Origin: Perkinsus olseni
Taxonomy: Eukaryota
DNA length: 64,000 nucleotides
Direction: 5' to 3'
Assembly (NCBI GenBank): GCA_013115125.1
Contig: JABANN010000003.1
Location: forward strand, 124,001-188,000
Within the stretch, counting starts at the first letter, position 1. Each line of letters opens with the position of its first letter. Shown here piece by piece: positions 39,540 through 52,552 of the stretch. Both the position numbers and the translations under genes were made by a program. The notes beneath the pieces are model-generated. The model was not told the DNA's origin and made no database searches. It saw only the letters and a list, made by a program, of their open reading frames with translations.

Positions 39540-41550
39540 ATGCAGTCACTGCATGCGTCGAATATGACAGAAGTTAAAGGCTGGTTATTACACAGCACGG
39601 CGTCTCCGGTAGTGGACGGGAAAGTGCGGTGGCTCGAGCGATCATGGAACTACCACAGCCAGCAGCAAGCCTCACGAGTCTGCGGCTATTGGAGCTTGGA
39701 TCAACTATTCTGTGGCGAGCTGAGGACGTTGGAGCACGTTAGCCATCTTACGCCACCAGAGCTGCGCCCTCAGATTTTTGCTGCCCGACTTCAACAACAC
39801 TGCCATCAAGCCACCCTCGCGAGGTATTTGCGCTCCGCTCTCAATCCTGCCTGCACATTGACCTCTGTATGAGGATTCAGACTGCTGATCCGAATAACTT
39901 GACCGATTACTACCTCCTGAAGAGAAAGGCTCGAAACATCGCGGTACTTTCAATCTTCTCTTCTTGCTTGCCTTCGTGTTGGCCGGGCACTGTGGGGGAC
40001 GATGATATTAGATATCAAATATTACCAGGCGAGCCTTCTCTGCGTATTACTCGTTGCAGCTCAGTCATTGATATGTCATATCATTGATCGCTTAATAGGT
40101 TCCATAACGACGATCATATTAGTAAGGATCTACTCAGTGTGACTGATCTCGGTGTACTGGTCGGAGAGGACATCCTCAAGCTAGATGCTTCAATGGAAGA
40201 AGAGAAGTCAAATGGGGCTAGTGCGGTCGGAAAGAATCCGAGGCCGAAGGTAGTGCTAGGGAGATGCCCTGCTGATGCTCACGACTCCAAGTATAGGCGA
40301 AAGGTAAAGCGCCCCGAGAGCATAGTGCAGAACCTCAAGAAGTTGAAGTTAAGTCTTTGGATGACGGATGGACGAAAGAAGAAATTGAAAGACTGTACAA
40401 GGCTGTGGATAACGAGGGGCATATAACAGATGGGTAGTATCTGAATTCTAACAGAGTAGACGATCTGTCTTAACCGTTTTGCTGTCACACGAATGCTGCT
40501 ATGGGAGCCAACGCCTTATAGGTTCTGGAAGCGGGTCGCGAAAGGTGTCGGCACTAAGACAGCGAGAGAATGTAGTCGGCGTTACTGTCGAGGAGGAAAG
40601 AAGTCTCCGGCCCCACATCGGAATAAGCCGGTTGAGGCAAAGACCAAATTGCGGAGCGATGACGTGGATATGGGTGTCGACGATCGTGGGACCGATATTG
40701 TCTTTAAGAAAGATGGTGTTCGGAGGTTCAAGGCCATCCAGCAGTTTATGAAGGACCATCAGTTTACTGATAAGGAAGAAGACCTTCTCATGGATGGCCT
40801 AGCAGCCGGGGATCCTGGCAATTTGGTAGTCCTCTAGTCGGGTGCATCCGATGGAGCATAAACGTTCGACGGTGGACTTGGGGAGTTTGTGGAAGTTGCC
40901 GAAAATGCGGGCGCGCATTCTTGCTCTCCTTTAGCCATTATCGGACAGTGATTCTGACGTCAGCTGGGATATGGATGATATCAAGATTGGCGGTGAGCGG
41001 CCTGCTCCCTGTGACCGTCCAGTTTGGCTCGTTCTCAGGGACGCCCAAAGCTGAGCCCAAGCGCGCGCCCGCAAGAAGAGACTCTCTGGACAGTGTGTCG
41101 TCGTTGAACGACAAATCCGAGTATGACCCCTTCACGTACGCCCAGCCCTTCGAGCAGCGGGTGGACCCCACTAGCTATACCCTCTGTCAAACGCTCCATC
41201 GGCAGCGACAAGCTCTACTTGAGGGCCAGAGGAACAGAGACCTCGGTCTCGACATCGGTACAAGCAGCATCGAGGCGCGCGATCTGTCGCACCCGTGTTA
41301 CCTCTCATCAGGTCACATTAAACATCCTCTTCCAAGCCAGCCCATCATAGCGGAGGAGGATGAAGATGGCGAGGAAGGCTTGGTCGAAGCGCTTGGAAAG
41401 ATCGACCACCGGGTATTGAGTTCTGATGACTGACGACATTTAATTGCTATTACTCTTTAGAACCGGCTGGAGCGTCAACGGGAGAAATATATTAACTCAG
41501 ACGGAGAATTAGACGAAGATTTCTTTTCCGATGATCAAGAAGTCATCTAA
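39540..41550 (+). CDS. MIS18BP1: KNL2/Mis18BP1-like centromere protein (SANT domain; possible divergent SANTA at N-terminus)
   Basis: Intron 40434-40521 joins WTKEEIERLYKAVDNEGHITDG-FWKRVAKGVGTKTARECSRRY (SANT). This is followed by GVRRFKAIQQFMKDHQFTDKEEDLL and a terminal acidic/aromatic ELDEDFFSDDQEVI*, matching the motif order I recall for M18BP1. Confidence 0.55.
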
Positions 41551-41699
41551 CGTCATTTACTCCCTTGCAGGCCAGTAGATTAAGCAAATTACTTCACATT
41601 TAATGTAGCTCCGTAGGAGAGATTTTGCGCTAGAAGTCGGGCAAACCACGGCTCAATCACGAGTAATTGTGCAGCACTCTGGTTGTTTGTGAATGCTGG

Positions 41700-42446
41700 G
41701 TGCAATCCACTCAACGCAAAACCTCATGACGCTATGATATGCTTCAAATATGTCTCATAAAATGAGTCGTGTCAAGCTGTACACCGCTAGCGATGCTACG
41801 GTTCCTTCCACCTAGGGATGGTAGGGAACGTCTGGAGACGTGAGGACACGATGCGATTCTGAGACAACGCCATCGGTGATAGAATCCCTTGTGGTAGGCC
41901 AACTTACCGAGAAAGGACCCTAGGACGGTCCACCGGAGGACTCGGACTCAGCCCAGATGCACTATGAAGACATTTCATAGAATTAACATGCTTCCGCAGG
42001 CCTACAACAGAGATATTGAGAGCATTTCCCCAGCGCCAGCTATACCATTGAGCTGACTTCGTGAGCGATCGAGTTTCTTCCTGGTCCCCAGTATCAGTCT
42101 TCGCAGTTCGGCAAGCTCATCGCTGGACTGACATGGGTGGCGCGTGCGATCACTCCAAGAAGCTATGAAAGTTTATAGTATGCTACGCACTTCGGGGATC
42201 CCCTGCACGCACTCGGGTGCCTGCGGGTCATAGGCGAGCTGTATTTCCGAAGCAGCGGGCTTGGCCACCAGTGGCAAATTAAACCTCAGAAAGACACGTA
42301 CCGCCGCCGTTACAGTGAAAAGTCCAATTTTCTTACCTCCGATCATCCTCGCCCGTGTCCAACCCTGTCACAAATATGCCTCGCTTTGTCCGAGACTTGC
42401 TGTACTTCGGGCGCCGATCGAAAATATTTCGAGAAAGGCCGTGCAT
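41700..42446 (-). CDS. Hypothetical multi-exon protein
   Basis: Short in-frame segments bounded by GT/AG (MHGLSRNIFDRRPKY.., DELAELRRLILGTRKKLDRSRSQLN). No family recognised. Confidence 0.3.
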
Positions 42447-42555
42447 GAAACTACAGACCTCAGATCCGCTCGCTTATCTCCACCCAGACTCTTCAGTAAA
42501 CTCGACTACACTTCGATGGAACATCCATGTACACTTTGTTTTTGCGTGATGACAG

Positions 42556-45500
42556 TCAATCTAATGTTACTCCACGTAACGATTCAATGATATGCCGAAA
42601 GCTAGGTCGTTCTTCGGGACTTCCATGCCAGCACTGAAACCCGCATGCGAATGTATTCGGTGCCAACGTAACTTCGGTCCACCTCTTCCATGACTGCGAT
42701 CATTTTCCGAGGCGTTCCAGCGGCTATCAGGCCGGTGTCCGGTCGGAGGCCTTTGGCAACGTGCAGGGCTATTGATAGGGGCTCGTAACCTGAGGAGGTT
42801 GGAGGCATGTACTACTTCGCCACCAGAGGGCCGGAGGTGCTATCCAGCAGTGACTTGTGCCACAGCGCACGCACCTTTCTCTGAGAAAGGCATCGTCCTT
42901 GCCATAATCTCGTACATGCAGATCCCGTAGCTGTAGATGTCCACCTGCAAGATACTGAATCACGGAAGCTGTCGGTGTCTAGATCCGCTCACCTTTTCAG
43001 TGTAGAAGTCAGGCCGCTCTAAGAGTTCAGGAGCCATCCAAGTGTACGTGCCTGCGACCCAAGCGATCTACACAAATGTGAGGGTTGCGCTCGACTTTAC
43101 CCTTAGCACTCGACACGAAACCTCCTCCCTGTGCCGTGAACTTGCTAAGCCCGAAGTCGGATACTTTTAATACCGGTGTATCGAATGATGTTGCTACCTG
43201 CAGAGGGATGTCGTGGCGCTCCGATGGCTGTGATGCATGACATACCGGATTGGCTAGCAGAAGGTTGGGACTCTTGAGATCTCTATGAACCTTGCAAACT
43301 TAGCAGTCGCAGAAGACAATGTGTCTCGGGAATCCTACGATCATCGGCTCCATAGTGTGCAAGTAGTTCATGGCTTGCGCCACGTCCATGCACATCTTCC
43401 ACTGCTGCTTCGGGGAGATCTCGACTTGAGACTGTTTGTATAGGAGCGAGTCCAAACCTCCCCCGAGGCAAAGCTCGCAAATCTGCCATAGAGAGGTGCG
43501 AATCGCTCCTTAGTGCAGGGAAGAGAATTACAAGTCTGAGGGGCCGCGAAGTGAGACATGCTCCCATGACCATGACTATGCCGGGATGTCTGAGCCGCAC
43601 CATGAGGGTCAGCTCCTTCAGGAGAGCAGCTTTGGTCGATTCATATCCTGATGCCTGAGGGAACGGACGGCTGATGCGCTACAACACTCCGCTGGGATGG
43701 TGGAGGCGCTGAGGAACACTGGGCAAACTCTTAGGGCATCTTGACGCAGTCCGCTCTCAGGCGCTACCATAGTCCAGTCCACTTTCTTGATCGCAACATC
43801 GGTGCCGTGCCAAGTGCCACGATAAACCTCAGCCGTCAAACCTGAGTCATTCGGCACGGGTGATCTTTCGACTGCATATGAGCCACCAATGCCTCGTATA
43901 GAGATGACTCTATCTGTTCCGACCTGTTCCCAGCTGCTTTTCTTCCACTAAATCATCCAAGCTCACCTCACAGTCGAGTGAAGCCATCAGGCACTCAGTG
44001 TCTCCTAAAAGAGGTTGCTTTGTGGAGCCAAGCAGATCAATATCCCTCCAAGCAGCAGCGAAGAGACCTCACGGCTCCTACCGCTCAGTCGAGTCGTTTC
44101 GGCGGTTGAAAGCGCGTTTTCATCTGAGCGCAGAGAGCTCCTTTTCGACCAGGATTGATTCTCCATCAGATTTCTAGATAGTTCGCCAGCCTGTCGCAAG
44201 GGCTCGTTAACGAATGTCCCGCCGAAACGACTAAGAAACGACCTACACATTCGAGCGGGGTGCAGCCGTCGTTGTCGGGCTCGTGGATGTCTGCCTTTCG
44301 GGACAGTAGTAGTTCAACAACCTCATCATTGTCCCACTCGGCAGCGAGGTGGAGAGGCGTACGGCCGAACTGAGTTTACCGTAGGCATCACTCCGCATCC
44401 CCAGGTGGCTGACGTTTACCTTGTTTTTCGTTCCTATGTCGAACCCGTTATCGATCAGGTAACTGGTAAAAATATAAAACATAATCTTATACAGATGGGG
44501 TTGAGCCGAGATGCCCGCGAGCGTGCGTTCACCAGGTACCAGGGCTACGGGACAACTTTGGCAGTTCCACGGGACCAGTCTACGAGCAATCGATTGCTCT
44601 TACTGGACAATATTGCTCTGCCCCATGAAACTCGCGTGGTGCATAACAGTCCATCCCTCTTTATCCTGAACGTTCAGGTCGATCTCTTGCTTCCTCATCA
44701 ACGCTGTGAGCGTCTCCAATTCGCCAATCTAAGCGGGGCTGTGTGGCCTCGTCGTAGGCCAGCAGACTCACCCGAGCAGCGTGGAACATCTGTTCAAGGT
44801 GCTGCTTCCTGTCAACTCGGGATACTCGACTGAGCCTCTTGCGATCTGGTGGAGCGCTGCGGGTTGATGATGTTGATATGAGGAGGGCAGGATCGGAATT
44901 TTCCGAGAATTTTCTCGGATTTTCGCTGTTGAATGGAGCCGCTCTGTGAGAACTGCTTGCTGGAAGCTCCTGGGAGGCATGGGAAAATCTACTTTATCGC
45001 CCACTGACGAAGGTTTATGACCCACCAGCTTAGCACCACCGCTCAGTCGTCGTGAAAGATCGCTCTCGAGAGAGTATGTCCTGTCGGATAACGCAGGAGC
45101 TTCTTCTTTCGCCTCGGCCGTTTTAAATACCGATTGCGCTTCTGCTGTGGCCTGCAGAACAATCTTACCGTGGGAGGATATCCGCGCGAATGGTCATAGC
45201 GGTACTTACCCGAGCGATCTCCTTCAAAATCCCTCGAGCTTCATCAGAGGCATATTGGACGGGCGTACGGCCAGCCCTGACACCAGCTGCGAGGTCTCTA
45301 GTTCACTCTACCATGAAAGATGCCACTACGAATCTTTGTCCGAAATATTGGCACCGTTTGACGTGAGAATTCGCATGCAGTCTGTTGTGTCCCAGTCTGC
45401 GGCGATGTGCAGGGGCGTTCCTGAATCCCCAGACGCCTTGCAACGTGATCTGAGGGATGGCTCCCACTTTTGTTTTTGTTGGTCGCATTCACGTCTGCCT

Positions 45501-45829
45501 TTCTCGTGACGAGGAACTCTAGCATTTCGGAATAGTCCAGCATTGCGCAGTGGTGCACTGCGGTCCAGCCCTCATTATCAATGGTCTGAGGGGGCGGTAT
45601 GGCGCCGCTTTGAAATCCCACGAACTGCAGACTCACTTCGATCGTGGCCGCTCCGGAGTCTAAAAGCTCTCTAACTCGCTTGACTGAGCCCGACTTCACA
45701 GCCACAAACCAGGCATTCGTCTCGGGTTTCGATGCGACCAATTTGAAACAGAAACAGAAACGCGCAACTGTGAATCGTAGCTGAACTGTATCGATACCAC
45801 GAAGTCACGTCACTTAATAATTCACTCAT
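42556..45829 (-). CDS. Ankyrin-repeat TKL (Raf/ILK-like) Ser/Thr protein kinase, multi-exon
   Basis: Ankyrin motifs DNEGWTAVHHCA, DKEGWTVMHHAS, GRTPLHLAAEW. Kinase motifs VYRGTWHGTDVAIK, LRHPGIV, HRDLKSPNLL, VSDFGLSK, AGTYTWMAPE, VDIYSYG, CWHGSPEERPSF..TLD*. The start is approximate. Confidence 0.9.
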
Positions 45830-46063
45830 CGTGAACAGCACCCAACCACTGGTGTGACAACGCAAGATCGATTCAGTCGCTTCGTTTCCTGTTGATCTAT
45901 TCGAAACATGCAATACAGTGCTTTCGCATGCCCTATTCATAGTCTAACTGCTTGATAGTGGGGTTGTGGGGCCCTGAAAACAAGAATCCGCAACCGCTGG
46001 CCAAGACGGGGTCTCACTGCTCAGACAACGCGAGATGATAGTGATACGCTTGACTTCAATTAT

Positions 46064-49000
46064 TCACTCCCTTGTGGTGGGAGATGGTTGCACTAATTCG
46101 CTCTCTGTTGCCAAATGATCGGTATATTTGGTGATGGTCAAGGCCGCCCGACTATCCACTCCTTCGTTCTCAGGACCCTTCTTCCCGCCGCGACGTTGCT
46201 TGACGGTCACCTTCACACTCACCATGGGCTACAGAGTCACTGCTACCACGCCTACAAATCCGTCCTCGTCCATGCGTTCCGGACTCTCCCGTTTCCTGCT
46301 CAGAACAGGTGCACGACGCTCCTCCTGATGTGAGTGCTGTTGTCTCCAATCGTACCGACTCCGCGTCCATCCCTGAGGCCGCTTCTGTTGAACCAGGGTG
46401 GCCACAAACGACCGAAGAATACTTTGGTCGCGACTCACTTTGCCAGTATCGCCTTTACCTTTACCCCTTCCCTTGCCCTTCCCTTTTCCGCCCTTGCCTT
46501 TACCTTTACCATACGAGCCGCGAGAGGGAGCATCATGCTGACACGACCCAGAATCAAAACATTTCGCTGCAGCGAATTGCCCTATCCTTGCCAAACTCGC
46601 CGGAAGCTCACTCACCCTGGGTACGAGATTCACTCTTTTCATGGGTGCTGCCTCCCCACCGTCCTCTTTAGGAACCTATTGAGTACGAGCTGAACAGGAG
46701 AGGTGTACTTGAGCGTGATTACACGAGCCCCGCAAGCTTGAGCGACAACGAAGTCGTACTGCACCATGGTACCGTGCTCCTTGATAGCTTGTTTGAAGGC
46801 ATTAGTGCACGAGAACTGAACGGTTGCCTCCGATAAGAATTTGAAGACTGTCGTACAATTGAGTCTTCCGCAGCCATCATGTCGTCATTGATCGCCTGCA
46901 GAGTGGCATGCACCCAATCCGAGCCGAAGGTGTAGACTGCTCGCTCAACCATGCTGAAACAGCTGGCCTCAACACACACGGAAGTTGAGCCCGAAGCCGC
47001 CTTGCCCGACCGGGACTAGTCGCTCATTCCACGCGATCACAACCACCTCAGCAGTAAGGATTTTACGCGCATCAAATAGAGCACCATCGAGGCCTCAAAC
47101 TGCATAGTACCCGATGTTTCTGTCCAGCCTCGAGCCGACTAGGAGGGATGATATTACCTTATCTTGGCGGGGCCCAAGAAAACCGTGCCTGCTATAACCG
47201 TATCCAACCGTGGATCCTGGATGGGTATATACTCCAGGCACGGCAAGGCGGGGACAAGGAAACTCTGGCAGAAGCCAAGGTTGCAGGAAACCGAGAACGC
47301 GCGACTCGGATTTCGCTACCTTGATGAAATCGATCGTGTCCCTCTCGCGCCCCGACTTCTCCAGCTGTGAGAATGGTCGAATAGGAGTGAACAGCGACGG
47401 TGCCTACAAGAGCGAGCCCTACCGCATCCAACCAGTATCAAACGCCAGCGCTGTTCCTCCATGACGGCGAGATCACTACGTAATGCATGTCTTCCCGAAT
47501 TGTATCGCGGCGGAGCTTCCTAGGGTTCTCGAATATGTAGCGAAGATCCTCGTCAGTTACTCTGAAGCAGAAAAAGATCAGGCGTCCGCTGCACGCGCTC
47601 CCAGCCGCGAGCGCACCCGAAGCGATCACGCTTGAACTTGAGAAGGCTGAGAAAGACGTTCAAGGGGGTCTTCCGCCGAGTTCCATCTCGTGACATCTCT
47701 CCGCCTTCCTCCTCAATCTGTTGCGTGAGAGTCAGCATATCCCTGAGAATGCAATGCCGTGGGCCTGCTTCCACCAACTCACCTCGCTATGTCGGTCCCC
47801 AGGCGTTCCACAACTCTGCCGGTTACTTCAAGGTCGTTGGCGGTGATCGTGAGCATTGAGAGACCGAGCGTGAGAGCCTTCGCTATTTCTTGCTGAGACT
47901 TCGGCGGGGGCCTGCCGAGCGGGTCAGCGGTACTGTGGTTTGTCCAGCAGGCTGAGCACGAGCACTCACTCGACCACATCGGGGACCACAAGGCATTCTC
48001 CAGCGCCACTCGCTCCTGGTACGTCCGATGCCAACCGACGCTGTGAAAGGGTGGCGACGCCGAAGATGTAATTCAAATCTTCTCGAGGTACGCTGACATG
48101 CAGACTCAGCCTCGCTATCGGGTACACTGCGGTTGGTCGTCTCACCCAACTTTATGGAGGAGTAGCCCGGCCCAGACTCGACCGGGGGTCTCTATATGGG
48201 AAGATGTCGAGCCACCATTCGCCTAAGAGTCACAGTAGCGACATGAGCGCACAACTTCATCACCCTGAAGTCCCGTTCGAAGAATCTCTTAGTTCGTGAT
48301 AGCATCCGGCGGCAAACCGACGCTCCAACTCGCTCTACTGCTCTCTCAACGATAATCCAGTCGGAAGCCGGCATTCGGAGACGCTCCAGCTCCAACAGGA
48401 TGCCCTGAAGGAGCTAGACTGGACTGCGCTAGGCACCGCGAGAAATTGCCTCGGCGAGCGTCCGTGCCACTTCGGTGTTATACTGATCATCGTCATCTGA
48501 AGGAAGCCATAATTTTTCACGTCCTGTACAGTCACGCGCTGCCTGAGTCCTCACCATGATCACTTGCCATCGCCGCGGCATTGACTCCGAGATCCAGCGG
48601 CTTCTTCCACCACGACATTGTGTCCGACAGAACGAACTCGATCTCCTCCGTGGAAGCTCTGAGATCAGCCTTCAAAGCGGAGCGGTTGATGCTCAACTTA
48701 CTGCTCCTTAAATAGTTTGATGAAAATAGCGGCTGGTGTTCTCTTCCTGGTACCGTCATCACTCATCATACCACCGTGGTCCTCAATCTTCGTAACTGCC
48801 TCGTACAGAGAACTCGTGAACCTGAGAGCGAAAACCATGATTGCCTATCTCGAACTGTTGCTAGCATCCCTGCTCAACAGACATGTCGATCATGACCCAA
48901 CCGAGCATCTCACTTGAGACCTTTTCTATGAATCATCCTCTCAATCATCAGCTGATCATGAATCTTCAGGCCGACACAGATCCGATTCATCACCTCCATC

Positions 49001-51242
49001 TCAGCCAAGAGACGCTTGAAGCGGGCCTGATAGGCATGAATGCTCTTCGAGGAGGAAACTCGCCACAAGAACTTACAGATTCCTCAGCTGTATTGATGAC
49101 CTCCCTCATAGGGCTAGAAGCGACGCTTCCACTGGCCTCTGGCGAGGGGACGACCTTGTAAATGAACGCCACATCCTCCTCGGTAAACCTAAGAACCCAT
49201 CCCAGATTTATCGCCGTTCGCAGGTTGGCGGGGGCATGACGGTATGGCTAACCTGTCATCCTCTTTGATAAGCCGAGTGACTACTCCACCCAGGCGACCA
49301 CCGCATTCTTTCTCAATTCTCTGAGAAGTATGGAACTAAAGGACTCACAGGGCAACTCCGGTCAAGACCACCTTAGTAGCCTCGTATAGTTCCACTGCGA
49401 TGGCTACCCCTTTTCTCACAACTAATCGTTCCAGGAAATGAACCTGGGGAAAACGATTCTTTCTCCTGTAAAATTTCCACACTCACATGTATCAAAGACA
49501 TATTCACACCTAAACCGGCGGCTAGTTCAAGCACAACTATTCGCTCGGGCGCATCTGAAATGGAGAACAAGTCCAGCTGGGAAGTTCCAGTTTTGAGATA
49601 TGATCAGGGCGCTCTCAGCCTTGTGAAGTGAAGTCGAGAGAGGCGCTTGAGAGATGAATTGACGTGCTCACCATCAGGAAGAATCATGAATCCAGCCATG
49701 TTCCCCTCGGGTGGCGGGATGGCGGCGGGTAAATCCTCACCACGCTCTTGATAATCCATATCACCCACAAACCTACGAACGTAAGCCGTCTCTTGGGTAC
49801 TCAAGGCCGACTGCGCACCTTCCAGGAGTTCCGACTCCGCCACATGTTCTCCAAGAAGCGTCTTGGTATTGCTTCGTAAGCATAGGAGGTCGGCCTCTTG
49901 CTTTTCCCCGCCGAGGAGGCGCACCCTTACCTCCGCGAGCAAGCGCGAAGATGTACTTCTTATCCTCAGGCGAAATGCTGATACACCGCACATCCAAGGC
50001 GAGTGGCTTATGAAACGGCTACATACCTCTCGTCAGCCTTGATGAGCTGGGCGAATACACCACCCGGAGTACCTGGATGTGGGAGAACAGGAAAGTCGAG
50101 GAGCAGTGTCGATACTAAATCGCCTACGCTTCACTTGAACTTCCTCGCCATCAAGCGTCTCTGCATCGGTCTTCTTCCTCAAGATGACGGACGCCACTTC
50201 GGATCTCTCATTCGATGCATCCGAGCACAACTCTAGGCTCTGGGCCAGAATCGAGCGGGCGAAATCGACACCCTGAAGACGTGGGGTTGAACGCAGAGCA
50301 GACGAAGGCACGACAGATAAACTTGCCTTCTTCTCGATGAGCCTTTCTGCTATTGTAGTTTCGCTCATGCCCAGACCGCCGACGATGTCGCGTATCTTTT
50401 AAAGACAAGTTCGAACTCCGACCCCTTCCACTGAAAGGCTCACCGCTCGGACTCTGGGATCGGAAGGCGCGAAGCAGCTAAGATTGGCGAAGATGAGATC
50501 GATGCGCTGAGAAAACCAAACGTTGCCAGCCACAGGTCGAAGGAGCTCTCACCGCCTTGTCTCTGCGAATCTTATTCTGTCTGGTCGTATTGCCCCGGAA
50601 AATGAAGCTGAGGAGAGCAAATTATACCGTGCGAGAAGGACCTCGAAGTCACCGCTCGTGGAGATACCTTTTATCCTCGGGCTTGATATCTTTGCTGGTC
50701 TTGATAATCTTCCAGAATACACCTCCGGGTGTGCGCGCCCTGTTGCTACCGTCCTGGGTGTAGAGATACAGCGCATCTGCAGGGGCCTGAGAAAGATCGG
50801 GTCGATGATAGAGCTTTGACCCTGTCGACCTCACATTTTCTTCGATTTTCCTCTCAGTCACAGCAAGGAGCTCCTTGCACATATCCTTCCCAAGACGATG
50901 CACGGCCCTCTCAAGCTGATGGATGTCCATTTCAAGGAGCCTCCGGCCGAGTAGAGCGATCAGGTCTAACGCGTCCTGAGCAACGCACGGACTTCAACGG
51001 ATCACAGCCAGGATCGGTAGAGTGGAAACCCTCACCTGGTCAGTGAGTGGCACCAGCGACAGTTTGGACTTCATCTCTTCCTCAATCCAATACATGCCGC
51101 CTTCCTCGTTCCACCGTGTTGTGATGTTCGAGCCCCACTCAGGATGGGAGGTAGGGGCTACGACGGGCTCAATACGCGTTGAAGACCCACGAGCATCCGC
51201 TGTGCTACAGCAGCTGCTTGTCGGGGGACTTGCAGTTGACAT
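46064..51242 (-). CDS. Tandem PHAX RNA-binding-domain (RNA_GG_bind) repeat protein, 6-7 copies, with GK-rich C-terminus
   Basis: Hand-spliced exons give repeats with motifs RARTPGGVFWKIIK, KRTPGGVFAQLIK, GRLGGVVTRLIK, RKRTPAAIFIKLFK, ETPGRVWAGLL, RRKTPLNVFLSLLK. Each is preceded by an xERxVxRxG helix and followed by [IVF][ST]xEDxxYI[FY]. Continuity of 46064-47440 with the rest is less certain. Confidence 0.75.
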
Positions 51243-51578
51243 AAATAGATTGGTACACTATAAAAAAGACCAATGAGAGGCCGGATCCTCAGGGCCAGAC
51301 ACCTCATTTGCGGAGTGCTCCGTTTTAGAAAACGTACCAGGAAGATGTTCGCCCTTTCACACCAAACTACGACAAGCCAGAGGAGCCGAATCGCGCCAGG
51401 ACTCATGTATGACAACCGGCAGGACAAGGAGTTCGCGAACGAGCGAGTTAAACGTCTCGACTCAACCCAAGGATAATTTGACTCCTCCTGAAGCAGCAAA
51501 CCGCGTTGTCAGATCGCGCTCGCCAATGTGATCGATTAATAAGGACCATAATGAGCATCCAAATCCGCCTAGAGGACT

Positions 51579-52552
51579 ATGACGACCCTCCCGATCGACG
51601 ATGAAACCTGGATGGCAACTAAGGCCTTCCTGTCGGGAGGCCTGGGTGCTTGCATATCGAAAACATGCACCGCTCCGTTGAGTCGAACGACGATTTTGAT
51701 GCAAGTGCAGTCGATGCGGCCGCACAAGTTCTACGTGCAGGGATCGCCAAACAACACCCGACTCCTGGAGTCCATCGCGAAAATGATCACTGAGGAAGGG
51801 TTCTTCTCGATGTGGAAGGGAAATGGAGCCAGTTGCTTGCACCGGTTTCCCTATGCTGGGATAACGTTTTTGGTCCAGGATCGAGTGAAGAGTTTCTTCC
51901 CTTTGAACTGGCGATTTGCGGACTTGGCCTCCGGAGCTACGGCTGGAGCGTGCGCCTGTCTTACATGCTACCCACTTGACGTCGTCAAGGCTCGACTAGC
52001 AACACAGACGAAGACGGCTCATTACCAAGGCATTGGTCACTGTCTCGTGCTAATTAAGAAGGAAGAAGGCCTCCGGGCATTTTACCGCGGTGTCGTACCC
52101 ACACTGTGCTACGTTATGCCCACATTTGCAATAAACTTCGAGGTAGTACCAGAGCGTTCTTGGCGTATATGAGCGCTGCATCGGTTCCCCTGTGTTAGGT
52201 CTTCGGCACCGTGAAGAGCCTCTATAAGAAATACACCGGTGAAGACGATCTCCCGCCAATGCTCGCCATCACGAGCGGCTGCCTTAGCGGGTTTACTTCC
52301 AGTTCTCTGTGTTTTCCAATTGATTTGGTCCGGCGACAAATGCAGATGGACGGGCTCCACGGCCGACCTAAGCGTTTCGCTACTGCATGGCATTGCTTCA
52401 AGCACATCATCGGCACCGACGGCATCCGGGGGCTTTACAGAGGCATTGTTCCTGAACTTTGTAAAGTCGTACCCTACGTGGGTCTGATGTTCGGATCGGT
52501 GGAAGGCCTACGTAATGCTAGGTGGCCCCATGAAGTCCGTGATGAATGCTGA
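51579..52552 (+). CDS. Mitochondrial carrier family (SLC25) protein, 2 exons
   Basis: Three carrier signatures: APLSRTTILMQ, YPLDVVKARL, FPIDLVRRQMQ, with WKGNG / FYRG / LYRG. Intron about 52143-52198. Resembles CoA or adenine-nucleotide carriers. Confidence 0.92.
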
